40,964 nucleotides of DNA from Methanobacteriota archaeon. GTDB taxonomy: Archaea; Thermoplasmatota; Poseidoniia; Poseidoniales; Poseidoniaceae. The stretch spans positions 1-40,964 of the forward strand of contig JABIUA010000003.1 in NCBI GenBank assembly GCA_018667575.1. Reading direction: 5' to 3'. Positions 27,351 through 37,319 of the stretch are shown piece after piece. The notes under the pieces are model-generated. The model had not been told where the DNA came from. It did no database searches and worked only from the letters and a program-made list of their open reading frames with translations. The stretch's first letter is position 1, and every line of letters starts with the position of its first letter. The translations under genes and the position numbers were made by a program.

Positions 27351-29919
27351 AGTCAGCATCAGTTTCTAGAAGGAATAATGCTTCTTTTGTCAACTTATAC
27401 CGATTTTTAATTCCCATTTTTCTCTTCTCAACAAGACCGAATTTCTGTAGTGTTCTCAAGTGGTGAGATATGAGTTGTTGGCTCTTTTCTAATTTGATAG
27501 CAAGTTCCGCTTGAGTAGGGAATTCTCCATATTGATGTTCATTATCTAGTATACTCAGTATCTTACCTTGGAGACTGTTTGGATCAGGAGATAGTGGCGG
27601 TATTGGTAGTTCATCTGGATTCATGCCGGGATAAAGAGAATTATTCAAGGGGTAATATCTAACCAATCTGCCATCTCTTAAGCGCCAGATTAACTCCTGT
27701 TGTTCTAGTAGTCTTAAGTGATGTGTTATCTGCCCATTGCTCATACCTAATGCGGCCATTAAGGCTCTGAAATGACACCCTGGATTGGCAGTCAAATATC
27801 CCATTAGACGACCTCTTTGAAACCGTCCATCAGTTGTCTCCTGCGTCTTACCAATTAGCCCCAATAGCCAGAGACCTGCAGCAGTTGTTGGGATTCTCAA
27901 AGATTCGGTATTAATAACAAAGAGACTTAGAATCGCGAACATTGAAGTTGTTGAGACCACAACTACCGTGACCTTTGCAATTTCTTCAGGGGTGATTTCT
28001 TCAATTATTGTCGGCTCATCTTCAATTCCAACAACTTGTTCCTCAATAACAATTTTTTCTTCACTGTATACAGAATGAACTTCAATTCCTACTAACTCAA
28101 ACTGTGTCTGACAGATTTCATCAAAAGACGAACTTTCTGAAACTAAGTAATCACCCTTCCAATTATTCTGTGGTTTCCATGATGGTAATTCCTTTGCATC
28201 AACAAGTAAGTATGATCCATCATTGTTGGAAATCATCCAACAGTCATTTTGCCCTGTTCCAATATTTGTCCACTGTCCTTCAATTTGCCATTTTTGAACC
28301 TTAAAAACCTCTTTTGTATAATCATAATTATGTGTGAAAGAGTGGCTCTTAGAACCTTCACCTTCAAGAGTATGCTCCATTAACAATATTAAATCGATAG
28401 ATTCTATGTTTATCATTTGAGGGATAATGATATTGGATTCAAAGTATAAGTTCATAATTTCTCCATTATCATCAATTGGTAAGTTGAAGTAATTACCCGA
28501 TTTGTAGTCACACGAATTAAATATTGATTCTTCAAATTCTATTGAGTCATCGATGGCAGTAAGAGATATGAAAGCTAGGCATTGTTCATTTATCTTGACG
28601 ATAGAATTAGTAGGAGAAAGCATGATAGAGGAAGCAATTTCTTCATCGTTGATGACATATTCGCTTTCAAAACCGATAATTTCTTCTGAGCATCCTGGGT
28701 TTCTGTAGGATTCTGAATAATCAAACTGGTCAACAATAGTAACAGAGTACTGTGGTATCTCTAAGATTATATTGTAAGTTCCAGAATCTACATAGCAGTT
28801 ATTTTGGTCTTCTAAATACCATTCAGGCAAATCAAAAGTTAGTATTTCATCAGATTCTAGAGTATGTGAGGTTTGGAAATCCTGACATGAATTTTGTTCC
28901 GTCGTATCATAGATTAATTCCGATAAATCATTAACAATATACATCTCAAATATACAGGAATTTGAGAATGTTAGTTCTACGGGTTGTTGATTAATATTTT
29001 TCAAGTTCAGTGAATATGATAAGTATGAGATATGGTCACTTTCAATTCCAATATTTTTATTGGAAGTTATCAATATATCATCGCTTAACTGTTCGTAATC
29101 CGAAACGAATAAATCATCAGTTTGAATAACTAATTCCTTTGTTAATTCGCCACCCGAAGTCTTCACAGTGACTAAGTTTTCACCCTCAAGTAGTTCACCT
29201 CTCTCGATAAATATACCATCGAGGTAAGAATTCTCATATGCGTGCAGAATTAAGTTTCCACCATAACATGAGTTTAACATCCTTTCCAGTCCATTGAATG
29301 AGTAAATAAGTTTACAAGACTCTTGAGTAGGTAGTATAATATCCGAGTCGGTCGGATTTGATAGAGTTATACCGATTAAATGGTGTCCTTCTTTGTCATC
29401 AGAATTTCCTACAGAGGTCAAATCCAATTCGAGTTCTAGATTTGAATCAAAAGTGATACTTTGTTGGAAGTAAATATTTTGATCTACTCTTAAATTTGTT
29501 TTACTGTGGATTAGAGTTACTACATATGTCCCCGAGGGCACTAACTCTCCATTAGAATCGGTAAAATCCCATTGCCAGTTTTGGAAAATTATTGTTTCCA
29601 TAGGTTCTATTATCAGTTGCTGTTCTTGTTCACGACAATTTACTGAGTTCTCATATATACTGTTCATTTTATCATCTTTGACAATAAAATAAGTGCCACA
29701 TGAAGGGTCATTGGAGATCGATATTTGGTCTCCATAATTAGTCAATATTGGGTTTATGTCTATCACTTCACCAATTTCATACCACAATTCAAATTGATTA
29801 TCAAATTCGAGACTTAAATCCTCTAAATCAATTCCTTCTTGAGCAGTAGTATATGGGATGGCAGAGAGGATAAACAGGCCACAAACAAGACCTATCAAGA
29901 CGCGTGAAGCCTCCGCCAT
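27340..29919 (-). CDS. Membrane-anchored protein: signal peptide, large acidic ectodomain with BsuPI-like repeats, TM, tandem C-terminal wHTH (COG3398-like)
   Basis: Signal MAEASRVLIGLVCGLFILSAIPYTTA; repeats ending VPSGTY and VDSGTY; TM VTVVVVSTTSMFAILSLFVI; wHTHs NPGCHFRALMAALGMSNGQITHHL and TQAELAIKLEKSQQLISHHL. Confidence 0.82.
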   Translation of the reverse strand: MAEASRVLIGLVCGLFILSAIPYTTAQEGIDLEDLSLEFDNQFELWYEIGEVIDINPILTNYGDQISISNDPSCGTYFIVKDDKMNSIYENSVNCREQEQQLIIEPMETIIFQNWQWDFTDSNGELVPSGTYVVTLIHSKTNLRVDQNIYFQQSITFDSNLELELDLTSVGNSDDKEGHHLIGITLSNPTDSDIILPTQESCKLIYSFNGLERMLNSCYGGNLILHAYENSYLDGIFIERGELLEGENLVTVKTSGGELTKELVIQTDDLFVSDYEQLSDDILITSNKNIGIESDHISYLSYSLNLKNINQQPVELTFSNSCIFEMYIVNDLSELIYDTTEQNSCQDFQTSHTLESDEILTFDLPEWYLEDQNNCYVDSGTYNIILEIPQYSVTIVDQFDYSESYRNPGCSEEIIGFESEYVINDEEIASSIMLSPTNSIVKINEQCLAFISLTAIDDSIEFEESIFNSCDYKSGNYFNLPIDDNGEIMNLYFESNIIIPQMINIESIDLILLMEHTLEGEGSKSHSFTHNYDYTKEVFKVQKWQIEGQWTNIGTGQNDCWMISNNDGSYLLVDAKELPSWKPQNNWKGDYLVSESSSFDEICQTQFELVGIEVHSVYSEEKIVIEEQVVGIEDEPTIIEEITPEEIAKVTVVVVSTTSMFAILSLFVINTESLRIPTTAAGLWLLGLIGKTQETTDGRFQRGRLMGYLTANPGCHFRALMAALGMSNGQITHHLRLLEQQELIWRLRDGRLVRYYPLNNSLYPGMNPDELPIPPLSPDPNSLQGKILSILDNEHQYGEFPTQAELAIKLEKSQQLISHHLRTLQKFGLVEKRKMGIKNRYKLTKEALFLLETDADFKD

Positions 29920-30003
29920 GAGTGTGAGATAATGTCATCACTTGAAAGGTCAGCGGTACATAAATTATGTAAAATATTAGATAAACGTACTTTATAGATA
30001 GAT

Positions 30004-33000
30004 TTAGAGTCCTAAATCTTCTAAGTTTATCATAGTTGGAATAGCAGCATCTTGTTCGGCTTTTTGTTGTAATTCATACTGTTTCCATTGTGGAGTTTCA
30101 GTTGTAATAGGTTCAATCCAACCCAGAGATTTTGCTTCCTCTAATTGACCACTTGCCACATAATGGTCAATCCAAGCCAATCGACGTTCTTCTTCTTCTG
30201 AGAAAGCCATGTCCATCATATTTTCTTCAGCCTTTACTCTCATTAGTTTCTTCTTACCAGCGGCCTTTGCGAACTGAGCCACTATGATTATAGAGAGCAA
30301 GAATACGATTACCCCCGACATAATGATTAGCGTTTGACTACCAGAAGTTGAGCCTGATTGACCCGAATCCTCCGAAGAATCATCTTGATTCGGATTTGAT
30401 TTGATGTTACAAACTACTGATCCAGTCCTACCTTCAGATACTTCAGGATCCCAGGGACAAGGGTCAATTGTATCTGACGCACCATCTCCATCAGAGTCGA
30501 TACAACCCCACTGGCCGTTGGAAGTTGTCTTCCTCGATGTGCCAGCGACATCAGGGCAATCATCTGGTTGATAAGCGCCCAAGGAGAAATTATCTCCAAA
30601 GCCATCGCCATCAATATCACTCCATTGTGATGGCTCTAATATGAAAAAGTCAGGTTTGAAGTAGCCGCTTGCATTATCTCCAAAACCATCTCCATCGGTA
30701 TCATTCCATTGTTCACTTTCTTCAGGGAAAGCATCACCGAATTGTTCTCTAAGAGTGATTATACGAGTTTGGTCTTGCTCGTCTACTATAGTATAATTTG
30801 TCCAGTAGTAATTATCTCCGTACCCATCACCATCTTGGTCAGTCCATTGATTTTCGTCATTAGGAAATACATCATCAACATCAGCCCAGCCGTCGCCATC
30901 CAAGTCAGGACAACCGAATCTATTCATCTCCAGTGACTTTCCATATTCAGTTAGACAATCATCGCCTCCTGGCCGGTCTACTTCATCACCATACCCATCG
31001 CCGTCTTGGTCAGACCATTGCAGTGGGTTTTCTGGAAAAGCGTCATCAGGGTCAACAAATCCATCACCATCAGTATCAGGGCAACCTCTAGTTGTAGGGT
31101 TTGGCGAAGAACCTGCACGAGAGGGGCACATATCGCCATTTACTGCGCCAGTTTGATTATTGTCTCCAAAACCATCACCGTCAATATCACTCCATTGAGT
31201 CGGCTCAAATTGGAACGCATCACCATTATTACCGGCCGAATTATCTCCATATCCATCGCCATCAGTATCTCTGCATTGAGTTGGGTCGTCAGGGAAAATA
31301 TCGGGATTATTTCCATTTTGGTTATCTCCGCCACAATCTAGAGAATCTCCGTCTCTATTTTCCCATTGTGTACTATCATTTGGGAAAGGGTCTCCTTGAT
31401 TTGAATACCCATCACCATCCGAGTCGAGGCATCCTAATCTATCGATCGACGAAGTACCAAATTCATTTGGACATTCATCAGGATTATTTCCAGTTAGATT
31501 CTCTCCATATCCATCTTGGTCTTTATCACACCACTGTGTTGGGTCTAATGGTAATCCGTCAGCTTGGCAATAACCGCTGGCATCAACCGCGCCCCAATTT
31601 GCAGTCGGGTCAGACCACCCATCTCCATCACTATCAATACATCCAAATCTATCATATTTTGAATCACCAAAGGTCATAATGCATCCGTCACCAACATCAC
31701 TCTGCGGATTATCTCCGTACCAGTCGCCGTCACTATCAATCCATTGAGTTCTATCCAAAGGAAACGCATCCACTTCTGTTGCCATGTTAATCAAATCTCC
31801 CGGCCACAAACTTGGTCTAATTTCAGTCCAACTCGAGTTTGCGAAATTATCGCCATATCCGTCGCCATCGGTATCATTCCATTGTGTTGGATTATTTGGG
31901 TAAGCATCTCCTCTTTGATTAAGATGGAAGAAGTTCTGGTCTTCATCAAAAAAGTAATTGTCTCCATGACCATCACCATCACTATCAATCCACTGCTCGA
32001 TATCATTAGGAGCCCAATCACCTCCATCAGACCATCCGTCACCATCCCCATCAGGGCATCCGAAGCGGTCTTGTGTTGAACTTCCAGCATCAAGCGGGCA
32101 CTCATCGGGTTGTAATGCTGGAGCAGGATTATCTCCATATCCATCGTTATCGGTATCATTCCATTGGGTTCCATCAGTAGGGAATGCATCTACAACACCG
32201 TCTCCTTGATCTGAAGTATTATACCCATCATTATCTTCATCGATATCAGCAATCCAATAGTGTATGCCTTCATCATTTCGACCATATGCAGTCACTAGTT
32301 TCATACCATCTGAACTCCAACTTAATCCATTCACTTGTCCACAGTTATTACCACCACAACCATTTGGTGAAGGGGCTCCAAAGAAATCAACTTGGGCGCC
32401 AGAATCAGTATAGAAAATTTTGACTGAGCCACCATCTCCCTGATAGTAAGAATGGCCATTTGCAACCTGTCTACTATCGGCTGAGAAATCTGCAGATAAA
32501 CAAGAAGAAGTAGTTGTTTTTTCCCATATACGATTTACTCCCGAAGAAGTGAACTCATACATGTCAAAACTAGCACTACCTCCTTCCCATCCACCGCACA
32601 TCGAAATATAATTTCCATCCGGGGACCAATCGATGTCATTTATCTGATTTGGTGGGCTAGTGACAGTGAAAACCGTAGCCCTTGATGAGACATTGACGAT
32701 GAAGAAATCTCCATTTCCAGCCACTGCAATAAGGGAGCCATCTGGGGAAAAGGTTGAGGAGTAAAAACGGTCTTCTCCGTTAGGATTAATTCCGTTACCT
32801 AGCTGCAGGCCATCGGACACTTTGATCAAAAGTACTTGTCCATTTGTACCTCCATTGCCAGACCGAGTAATAGATACCGCAACCAGGCTACTATCTGGCG
32901 AAAATTCAACATCATTGACAAATTCTCCACCTCCAACATCGACGCTTATTGAACCATGAACCGACGAAATGTTTGAAGTGTAGTAAATGTTTATTGTATC

Positions 33001-33465
33001 ATCATCAAGGCCTGCTGCAACATAGTTTCCATCCGGAGAGTATGCTACAGAAGTGACTTCTCCGTTGCCTATGGCTTGTACAGATTTCAGGTTTACAAAT
33101 GAGGTGGCATTCCAAATTCGCACCCATCCATTTTCATCACCAGTGACGATATTGACACCGTCTGATGAGAAGTCAACATCATTGTAATCTTGGCTTGAAG
33201 TAATTGAGAATTCAAGCTGAAAATTGGGATTGCTAGCAGCCCATCCATCATTGAAATCAGAGGTTCCATCGTTATCTCTATCTGGGCAACCATCCCTGTC
33301 TACCGAAGAGGTTCCATATGCGAATGGACAATCATCAGAAGAGTCAGAAACTCCATCGCCATCCGAGTCGGCAGAGACAAAAGTCGATATAGCCATCAAA
33401 AAGAATAGTCCAGCGACAAAAACGCTCGACCATCTAGATGACACTATTGGCGGTATGAAGAACAT
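30004..33465 (-). CDS. Cell-surface protein with WD40-like beta-propeller, many thrombospondin-type-3-like Ca-binding repeats and a C-terminal TM anchor
   Basis: Signal ending FVSA; blades VDFSSDG, VAYSPDG, VEFSPDS, TFSPDG, DWSPDG, DFSADS, SWSSDG; repeated QWxDxDGDGyGD and GCxDxDGDG; TM LIIMSGVIVFLLSIIIVA. Confidence 0.9.
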   Translation of the reverse strand: MFFIPPIVSSRWSSVFVAGLFFLMAISTFVSADSDGDGVSDSSDDCPFAYGTSSVDRDGCPDRDNDGTSDFNDGWAASNPNFQLEFSITSSQDYNDVDFSSDGVNIVTGDENGWVRIWNATSFVNLKSVQAIGNGEVTSVAYSPDGNYVAAGLDDDTINIYYTSNISSVHGSISVDVGGGEFVNDVEFSPDSSLVAVSITRSGNGGTNGQVLLIKVSDGLQLGNGINPNGEDRFYSSTFSPDGSLIAVAGNGDFFIVNVSSRATVFTVTSPPNQINDIDWSPDGNYISMCGGWEGGSASFDMYEFTSSGVNRIWEKTTTSSCLSADFSADSRQVANGHSYYQGDGGSVKIFYTDSGAQVDFFGAPSPNGCGGNNCGQVNGLSWSSDGMKLVTAYGRNDEGIHYWIADIDEDNDGYNTSDQGDGVVDAFPTDGTQWNDTDNDGYGDNPAPALQPDECPLDAGSSTQDRFGCPDGDGDGWSDGGDWAPNDIEQWIDSDGDGHGDNYFFDEDQNFFHLNQRGDAYPNNPTQWNDTDGDGYGDNFANSSWTEIRPSLWPGDLINMATEVDAFPLDRTQWIDSDGDWYGDNPQSDVGDGCIMTFGDSKYDRFGCIDSDGDGWSDPTANWGAVDASGYCQADGLPLDPTQWCDKDQDGYGENLTGNNPDECPNEFGTSSIDRLGCLDSDGDGYSNQGDPFPNDSTQWENRDGDSLDCGGDNQNGNNPDIFPDDPTQCRDTDGDGYGDNSAGNNGDAFQFEPTQWSDIDGDGFGDNNQTGAVNGDMCPSRAGSSPNPTTRGCPDTDGDGFVDPDDAFPENPLQWSDQDGDGYGDEVDRPGGDDCLTEYGKSLEMNRFGCPDLDGDGWADVDDVFPNDENQWTDQDGDGYGDNYYWTNYTIVDEQDQTRIITLREQFGDAFPEESEQWNDTDGDGFGDNASGYFKPDFFILEPSQWSDIDGDGFGDNFSLGAYQPDDCPDVAGTSRKTTSNGQWGCIDSDGDGASDTIDPCPWDPEVSEGRTGSVVCNIKSNPNQDDSSEDSGQSGSTSGSQTLIIMSGVIVFLLSIIIVAQFAKAAGKKKLMRVKAEENMMDMAFSEEEERRLAWIDHYVASGQLEEAKSLGWIEPITTETPQWKQYELQQKAEQDAAIPTMINLEDLGL
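30450..32250 (-). repeat. Degenerate coding repeats (TSP3-like DxDGDG units)
   Basis: Recurrent ccatc(a/g)ccatc and ccattg words match the protein repeats; boundaries approximate. Confidence 0.75.
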
Positions 33466-33550
33466 TAAAAGGTGTTATGGTTGGTTTGTGTAAACAAAAG
33501 GCAACCCCTGTAATAGCAATGGCTTAGATGTAGTAATAATTCGCATTCAT

Positions 33551-35068
33551 GTGAGCGCAGGCATCCCGAAGGTCAATATCGCGGTACAAGACCGCGTATT
33601 GCTCCACTTATTCGAAAATGATGAGCAAGCTGACCGCTACCTAGCAGAAGTGGCTTTGACCAGGCCAGGAATAGCCGAATCCTGTGCGTTACACCCTCCT
33701 AATGTAAGTAGAACAATGAGAGATTTACTGAAGAAACAATACGTGTCTGAACATACTAGAAATATTCGTGGTGAAGAAAGACGACAAAAAACATGGCAAC
33801 TCACAGATGAGGGCCGTACAGAAGCGTTGCACAAACACAAATCACTTGGTAAAAATAAGGTAGTTTTGAGGGATGAAGGTGGCGAATTACTTGAAGTCGA
33901 AGCACTAGAAGCCGCTGAAAGATTAGCGACAGACATTTCTTTGTTACAGATTTTAATGCATGCTCAACATGAAGGAGTTTTGACTTATGGTGATATTAGG
34001 TTTGGTAAGATTAAACATTCAAAACAAGAGGAGATAGCTCCCCCAGGGCGATTGACAGCATTAACAGGTGTACATTCGACCTACAATAACCAACCTCCAA
34101 ACACTAGACCAGTACACGGGCGCAAAGAGCAGATTGATGATTTGAAATCTTGGTTTTCAAGTCGTAAACCTTGCGCTGTCGTCCATGGGATTGCGGGTAT
34201 TGGTAAATCTACCTTAGTCGCTCATTGGCTCAAACAAAATCTAGAAATAAACCCTGGACTTTCAATTTGTTGGTATCCCTGTCAACCATGGGACCGAGCA
34301 TTAGGAATTGCTACCAGTTTACTTCATCGATTTGGTATAGATGAATCTCATGACCCCTACAATTTAATCGAAACTTTACCTCTACAACCAGCAGGGAAAA
34401 TCGATGTAGATAATTGGAGAAGAAGACTTACAGCATACCTAACTGATGCTGATACAATACGTGAGCGTTTCAAAGATGATTCAGGAGGACCCCCTCCTTA
34501 TTGGCTAATCATCTTAGACGATGTACATCACATAGAATCTGAAGCGAAGGATTTACTCGGAGCATTATTACAAATATCCACTAAAACTCCATTGAGATTA
34601 TTACTTATTTCTAGAACAAAGCCAACAATTTATGATAGAAGAGATGTACATACAAGAGGCATAGTCACAGAATTATCTTTGCAGGGTTTGACAAAACCTG
34701 AAATTAAAAATTGGTTGAAGAATTTTGATTCTGGTGATAAATACGAAGTTGAGCAAGTTCATGAGAAAACTGGTGGACATCCATTGGCATTGGAACTTTT
34801 CGAATTATATGGGCAAGAAACGCATGTAGATTGGCTACAATTTCTCGATGATGAAATCATTTTACGTTTGCCAGAATTAGAGCGTAAGTTATTGTTAGAA
34901 CTTGCTAAATCGGATGCTCCGTTGAATTGGAATAAATTGGCTGATTCGGTAGGCTGGAAAGGTAATCCACCCAAAGATTTGATTCAACACGGTCTATTGT
35001 TGGAATTAGAAGACGGCATGTGGTTGCACGAAGCCTTGAAAGAAAGGCTTCTGCGTGATGTGAATTAA
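33551..35068 (+). CDS. N-terminal wHTH fused to a STAND-class P-loop NTPase (NB-ARC/MalT-like)
   Basis: wHTH TRPGIAESCALHPPNVSRTMRDL...WQLTDEG; VHGR; Walker A GIAGIGKST; Walker B IILDDVH; sensor-1 LISR; TGGHPLAL; WLHE; GTG start. Confidence 0.85.
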   Translation: MSAGIPKVNIAVQDRVLLHLFENDEQADRYLAEVALTRPGIAESCALHPPNVSRTMRDLLKKQYVSEHTRNIRGEERRQKTWQLTDEGRTEALHKHKSLGKNKVVLRDEGGELLEVEALEAAERLATDISLLQILMHAQHEGVLTYGDIRFGKIKHSKQEEIAPPGRLTALTGVHSTYNNQPPNTRPVHGRKEQIDDLKSWFSSRKPCAVVHGIAGIGKSTLVAHWLKQNLEINPGLSICWYPCQPWDRALGIATSLLHRFGIDESHDPYNLIETLPLQPAGKIDVDNWRRRLTAYLTDADTIRERFKDDSGGPPPYWLIILDDVHHIESEAKDLLGALLQISTKTPLRLLLISRTKPTIYDRRDVHTRGIVTELSLQGLTKPEIKNWLKNFDSGDKYEVEQVHEKTGGHPLALELFELYGQETHVDWLQFLDDEIILRLPELERKLLLELAKSDAPLNWNKLADSVGWKGNPPKDLIQHGLLLELEDGMWLHEALKERLLRDVN

Positions 35069-35075
35069 TCTAAGA

Positions 35076-35405
35076 TTAGAAATCATCAGCATTCATGTGG
35101 TCGTCAATCCACTTGAGTAATTGAGGCTTAGGCATTGCTCCACTTTGCTTTGAAACAATGTTTCCGTTGTGATATAGGAAAAGTGCTGGTATGCCACGGA
35201 CACCAAGTTTTGCAGCATTTGCTGGATTTGTATCCGTATCTACCTTTGCGATCAAGATTTCTCTCTCTCCAGCAACTTGCTCTAATACCGGTGCAATCGC
35301 TTTACAAGGTCCACACCAAGGTGCCCAGAAATCTACTAATACCCATTCATTATCATTAACAGAGGTTTCGAATTCTCCATCGGTTACTGCACGTACTTCT
35401 CCCAT
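35076..35405 (-). CDS. trxA: Thioredoxin
   Basis: VDFWAPWCGPCK, GVRGIP; start set at ATG 35405. Confidence 0.96.
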   Translation of the reverse strand: MGEVRAVTDGEFETSVNDNEWVLVDFWAPWCGPCKAIAPVLEQVAGEREILIAKVDTDTNPANAAKLGVRGIPALFLYHNGNIVSKQSGAMPKPQLLKWIDDHMNADDF

Positions 35406-35520
35406 GTTCTCACTAACACATCCTAATGCAGGAGTATTATGAGTCTTTGTGAGAAAAATAATACTAAAAATATACACAATACTCATGAGAAGGGATTGCT
35501 TGGGCTAATCAGGTCTGAAT

Positions 35521-36204
35521 ATGATAATCGCTCCAAGTGTACTTACTGCCGACCTTTCGAATTTAGCAGTAGCCTGTAAAGAAGCAGTTGATGCAGGACT
35601 TGAATGGCTTCATTTGGACATAATGGATGGAAATTTTGTTCCTAATTTGACCTTCGGGCCTCCGGTGATTAAGTCACTTCGCAAAGCTCTTGGTGATGGC
35701 CCAGTTTTTGATGCCCACTTGATGATATCAAATGCCGAAGAATGCTATATGGATTATATCGAAGCAGGTTGTAATCATCTTTCAGTTCACATTGAAGCCG
35801 CCACTCATCTCCATAGGTTGGTGACGGCGATTAGAGATGGTGGAGCATCAGTAGGTATCGTAATCAATCCAGCAACACCAATTGAGGGAGTTTTAGAAGT
35901 TTTATCAGAGATTGATTTAGTACTTGTAATGAGCGTTAATCCTGGTTTTGGTGGCCAATCATTCATCTCAAGTGTTGAGCGTAAAATTCGTAGATTAAAG
36001 CAAGCCATTGACGAGCAAGTATCAAACGGCGGCCGTCCAGTTCAAATTCAAATTGATGGTGGCGTTAAAGCACATAACATTGGCGAAATCGCCTCTTGGG
36101 GAGCCAGTAACTTTGTAGTTGGTTCAGGTTTATTCAATAATCGCGCAAATGTTGCAGATAATTTGGCTGAAATTATGTCTAATTACGAACAATACAATGA
36201 TTAA
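35521..36204 (+). CDS. rpe: Ribulose-phosphate 3-epimerase
   Basis: IAPSVL, HLDIMDGNFVPNLTFG, DAHLM, MSVNPGFGGQ, IDGG, VVGS. Confidence 0.97.
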   Translation: MIIAPSVLTADLSNLAVACKEAVDAGLEWLHLDIMDGNFVPNLTFGPPVIKSLRKALGDGPVFDAHLMISNAEECYMDYIEAGCNHLSVHIEAATHLHRLVTAIRDGGASVGIVINPATPIEGVLEVLSEIDLVLVMSVNPGFGGQSFISSVERKIRRLKQAIDEQVSNGGRPVQIQIDGGVKAHNIGEIASWGASNFVVGSGLFNNRANVADNLAEIMSNYEQYND

Positions 36205-36236
36205 AATCAGTTTAAAGATTATTCATAGTGATAGTT

Positions 36237-37319
36237 ATGCGAGTTCTTGTGACATCGTTGCTCTTTCCACTCCCAACAAATGTTGCACGAGGGACTTTTG
36301 TTAGCGACCATGTTGAATTGCTAAAGAGTAATGGTCACGATGTAAGGGTTGTAAATCCGTTGCCTCGAATGTTTCAGTATCAAGAATTCAGTCGTTCAAC
36401 TCACACAGGAGTCGCAAAGGCACCAAAGAGTTTCAAACACGGTGAAGTCAAAGTACTCAGTCCTCGTTTTTGGGGCCTCCCCGGTCATCCATTACCATTA
36501 CTGACTGCAAATAGTGTCAAACGTAGCTCGCGAAGAATCGAGAAATGGTTAGGCAATTGGCGCCCCGATGTGATAATTTGTCATACTCTGTGGCCTGTAG
36601 CTGAACTAGCAAATAAACTGTCTAAGCGATGGAAAATACCGTGGATTGCGGTTGTTCATGGCCATGATTTTGATGTCGGAATAAATGATAAAAACACATC
36701 CAAATCTATTAGCAAATTAGCCAGTATAGCAGACCACTTGGTCACAGTATCACAAAGATTAGATGAGATTTCACAACAGGTTAGGAGTCAAGGGCATTCT
36801 GTAATACCCTGTCATAGTGCGGTAGAAAGTGAATGGCGAAAACCAATGAAAAATATTGGCGGAAGGTGGCGTAAAGATAGTTTGAATATCCTATTTCCAT
36901 CCGACCCAAGAAGACCCGAAAAGAATCACCTTTTGGCCTTGCAAACCGGTGAAGAATTAGAAAGACGTGGATGGGTAATTGGTATGACCACATTGCGTCA
37001 GCAACCTAGAAGTATAGTCTGGGATAGAATGTTGGTTGCTGATTTGACTTTGATTACCTCCAAGCGCGAATCAGGTCCTTTAGTTGCTAGGGAATCAATA
37101 CAATGTGGAACACCGGTAGTTTCTGTTGATGTTGGAGATGTATCTGAGTATTTACCTGAATTCTGCGTATCTTCGGAGTATGATCCAATACAACTTGCAG
37201 ACACCTGTGAAGCAGCATTAAAGCATGATTGGAGTAAAGGATTTCAGATTCCTAAAAGATTTACTCCTCAGGTAGTGGCTCAACAGTGGGAGACATTGCT
37301 TGAATCCCTTGTGGAATGA
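36237..37319 (+). CDS. Glycosyltransferase family 4 (GT-B)
   Basis: MRVLVT, PDVIICH, VHGHD, VTVS, RPEKN, E-x7-E motif in RESGPLVARE, GTPVVSVDVG. Confidence 0.88.
   Translation: MRVLVTSLLFPLPTNVARGTFVSDHVELLKSNGHDVRVVNPLPRMFQYQEFSRSTHTGVAKAPKSFKHGEVKVLSPRFWGLPGHPLPLLTANSVKRSSRRIEKWLGNWRPDVIICHTLWPVAELANKLSKRWKIPWIAVVHGHDFDVGINDKNTSKSISKLASIADHLVTVSQRLDEISQQVRSQGHSVIPCHSAVESEWRKPMKNIGGRWRKDSLNILFPSDPRRPEKNHLLALQTGEELERRGWVIGMTTLRQQPRSIVWDRMLVADLTLITSKRESGPLVARESIQCGTPVVSVDVGDVSEYLPEFCVSSEYDPIQLADTCEAALKHDWSKGFQIPKRFTPQVVAQQWETLLESLVE

Noticed and set aside
30450-32250. Repetitive DNA that might be a CRISPR or VNTR array
   Set aside because: Repeats are degenerate, in frame and explained by TSP3-like protein units; no constant repeat-spacer pattern and no cas genes.
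30709-32423. Several alternative-frame ORFs inside the TSP3 gene
   Set aside because: By-products of the repetitive Asp/Gly codon content.
30004-35068. Idea that the WD40 propeller is the split-off sensor of the STAND ATPase
   Set aside because: The propeller lies between signal peptide and TM, so it is predicted extracellular and cannot contact a cytoplasmic NTPase directly.
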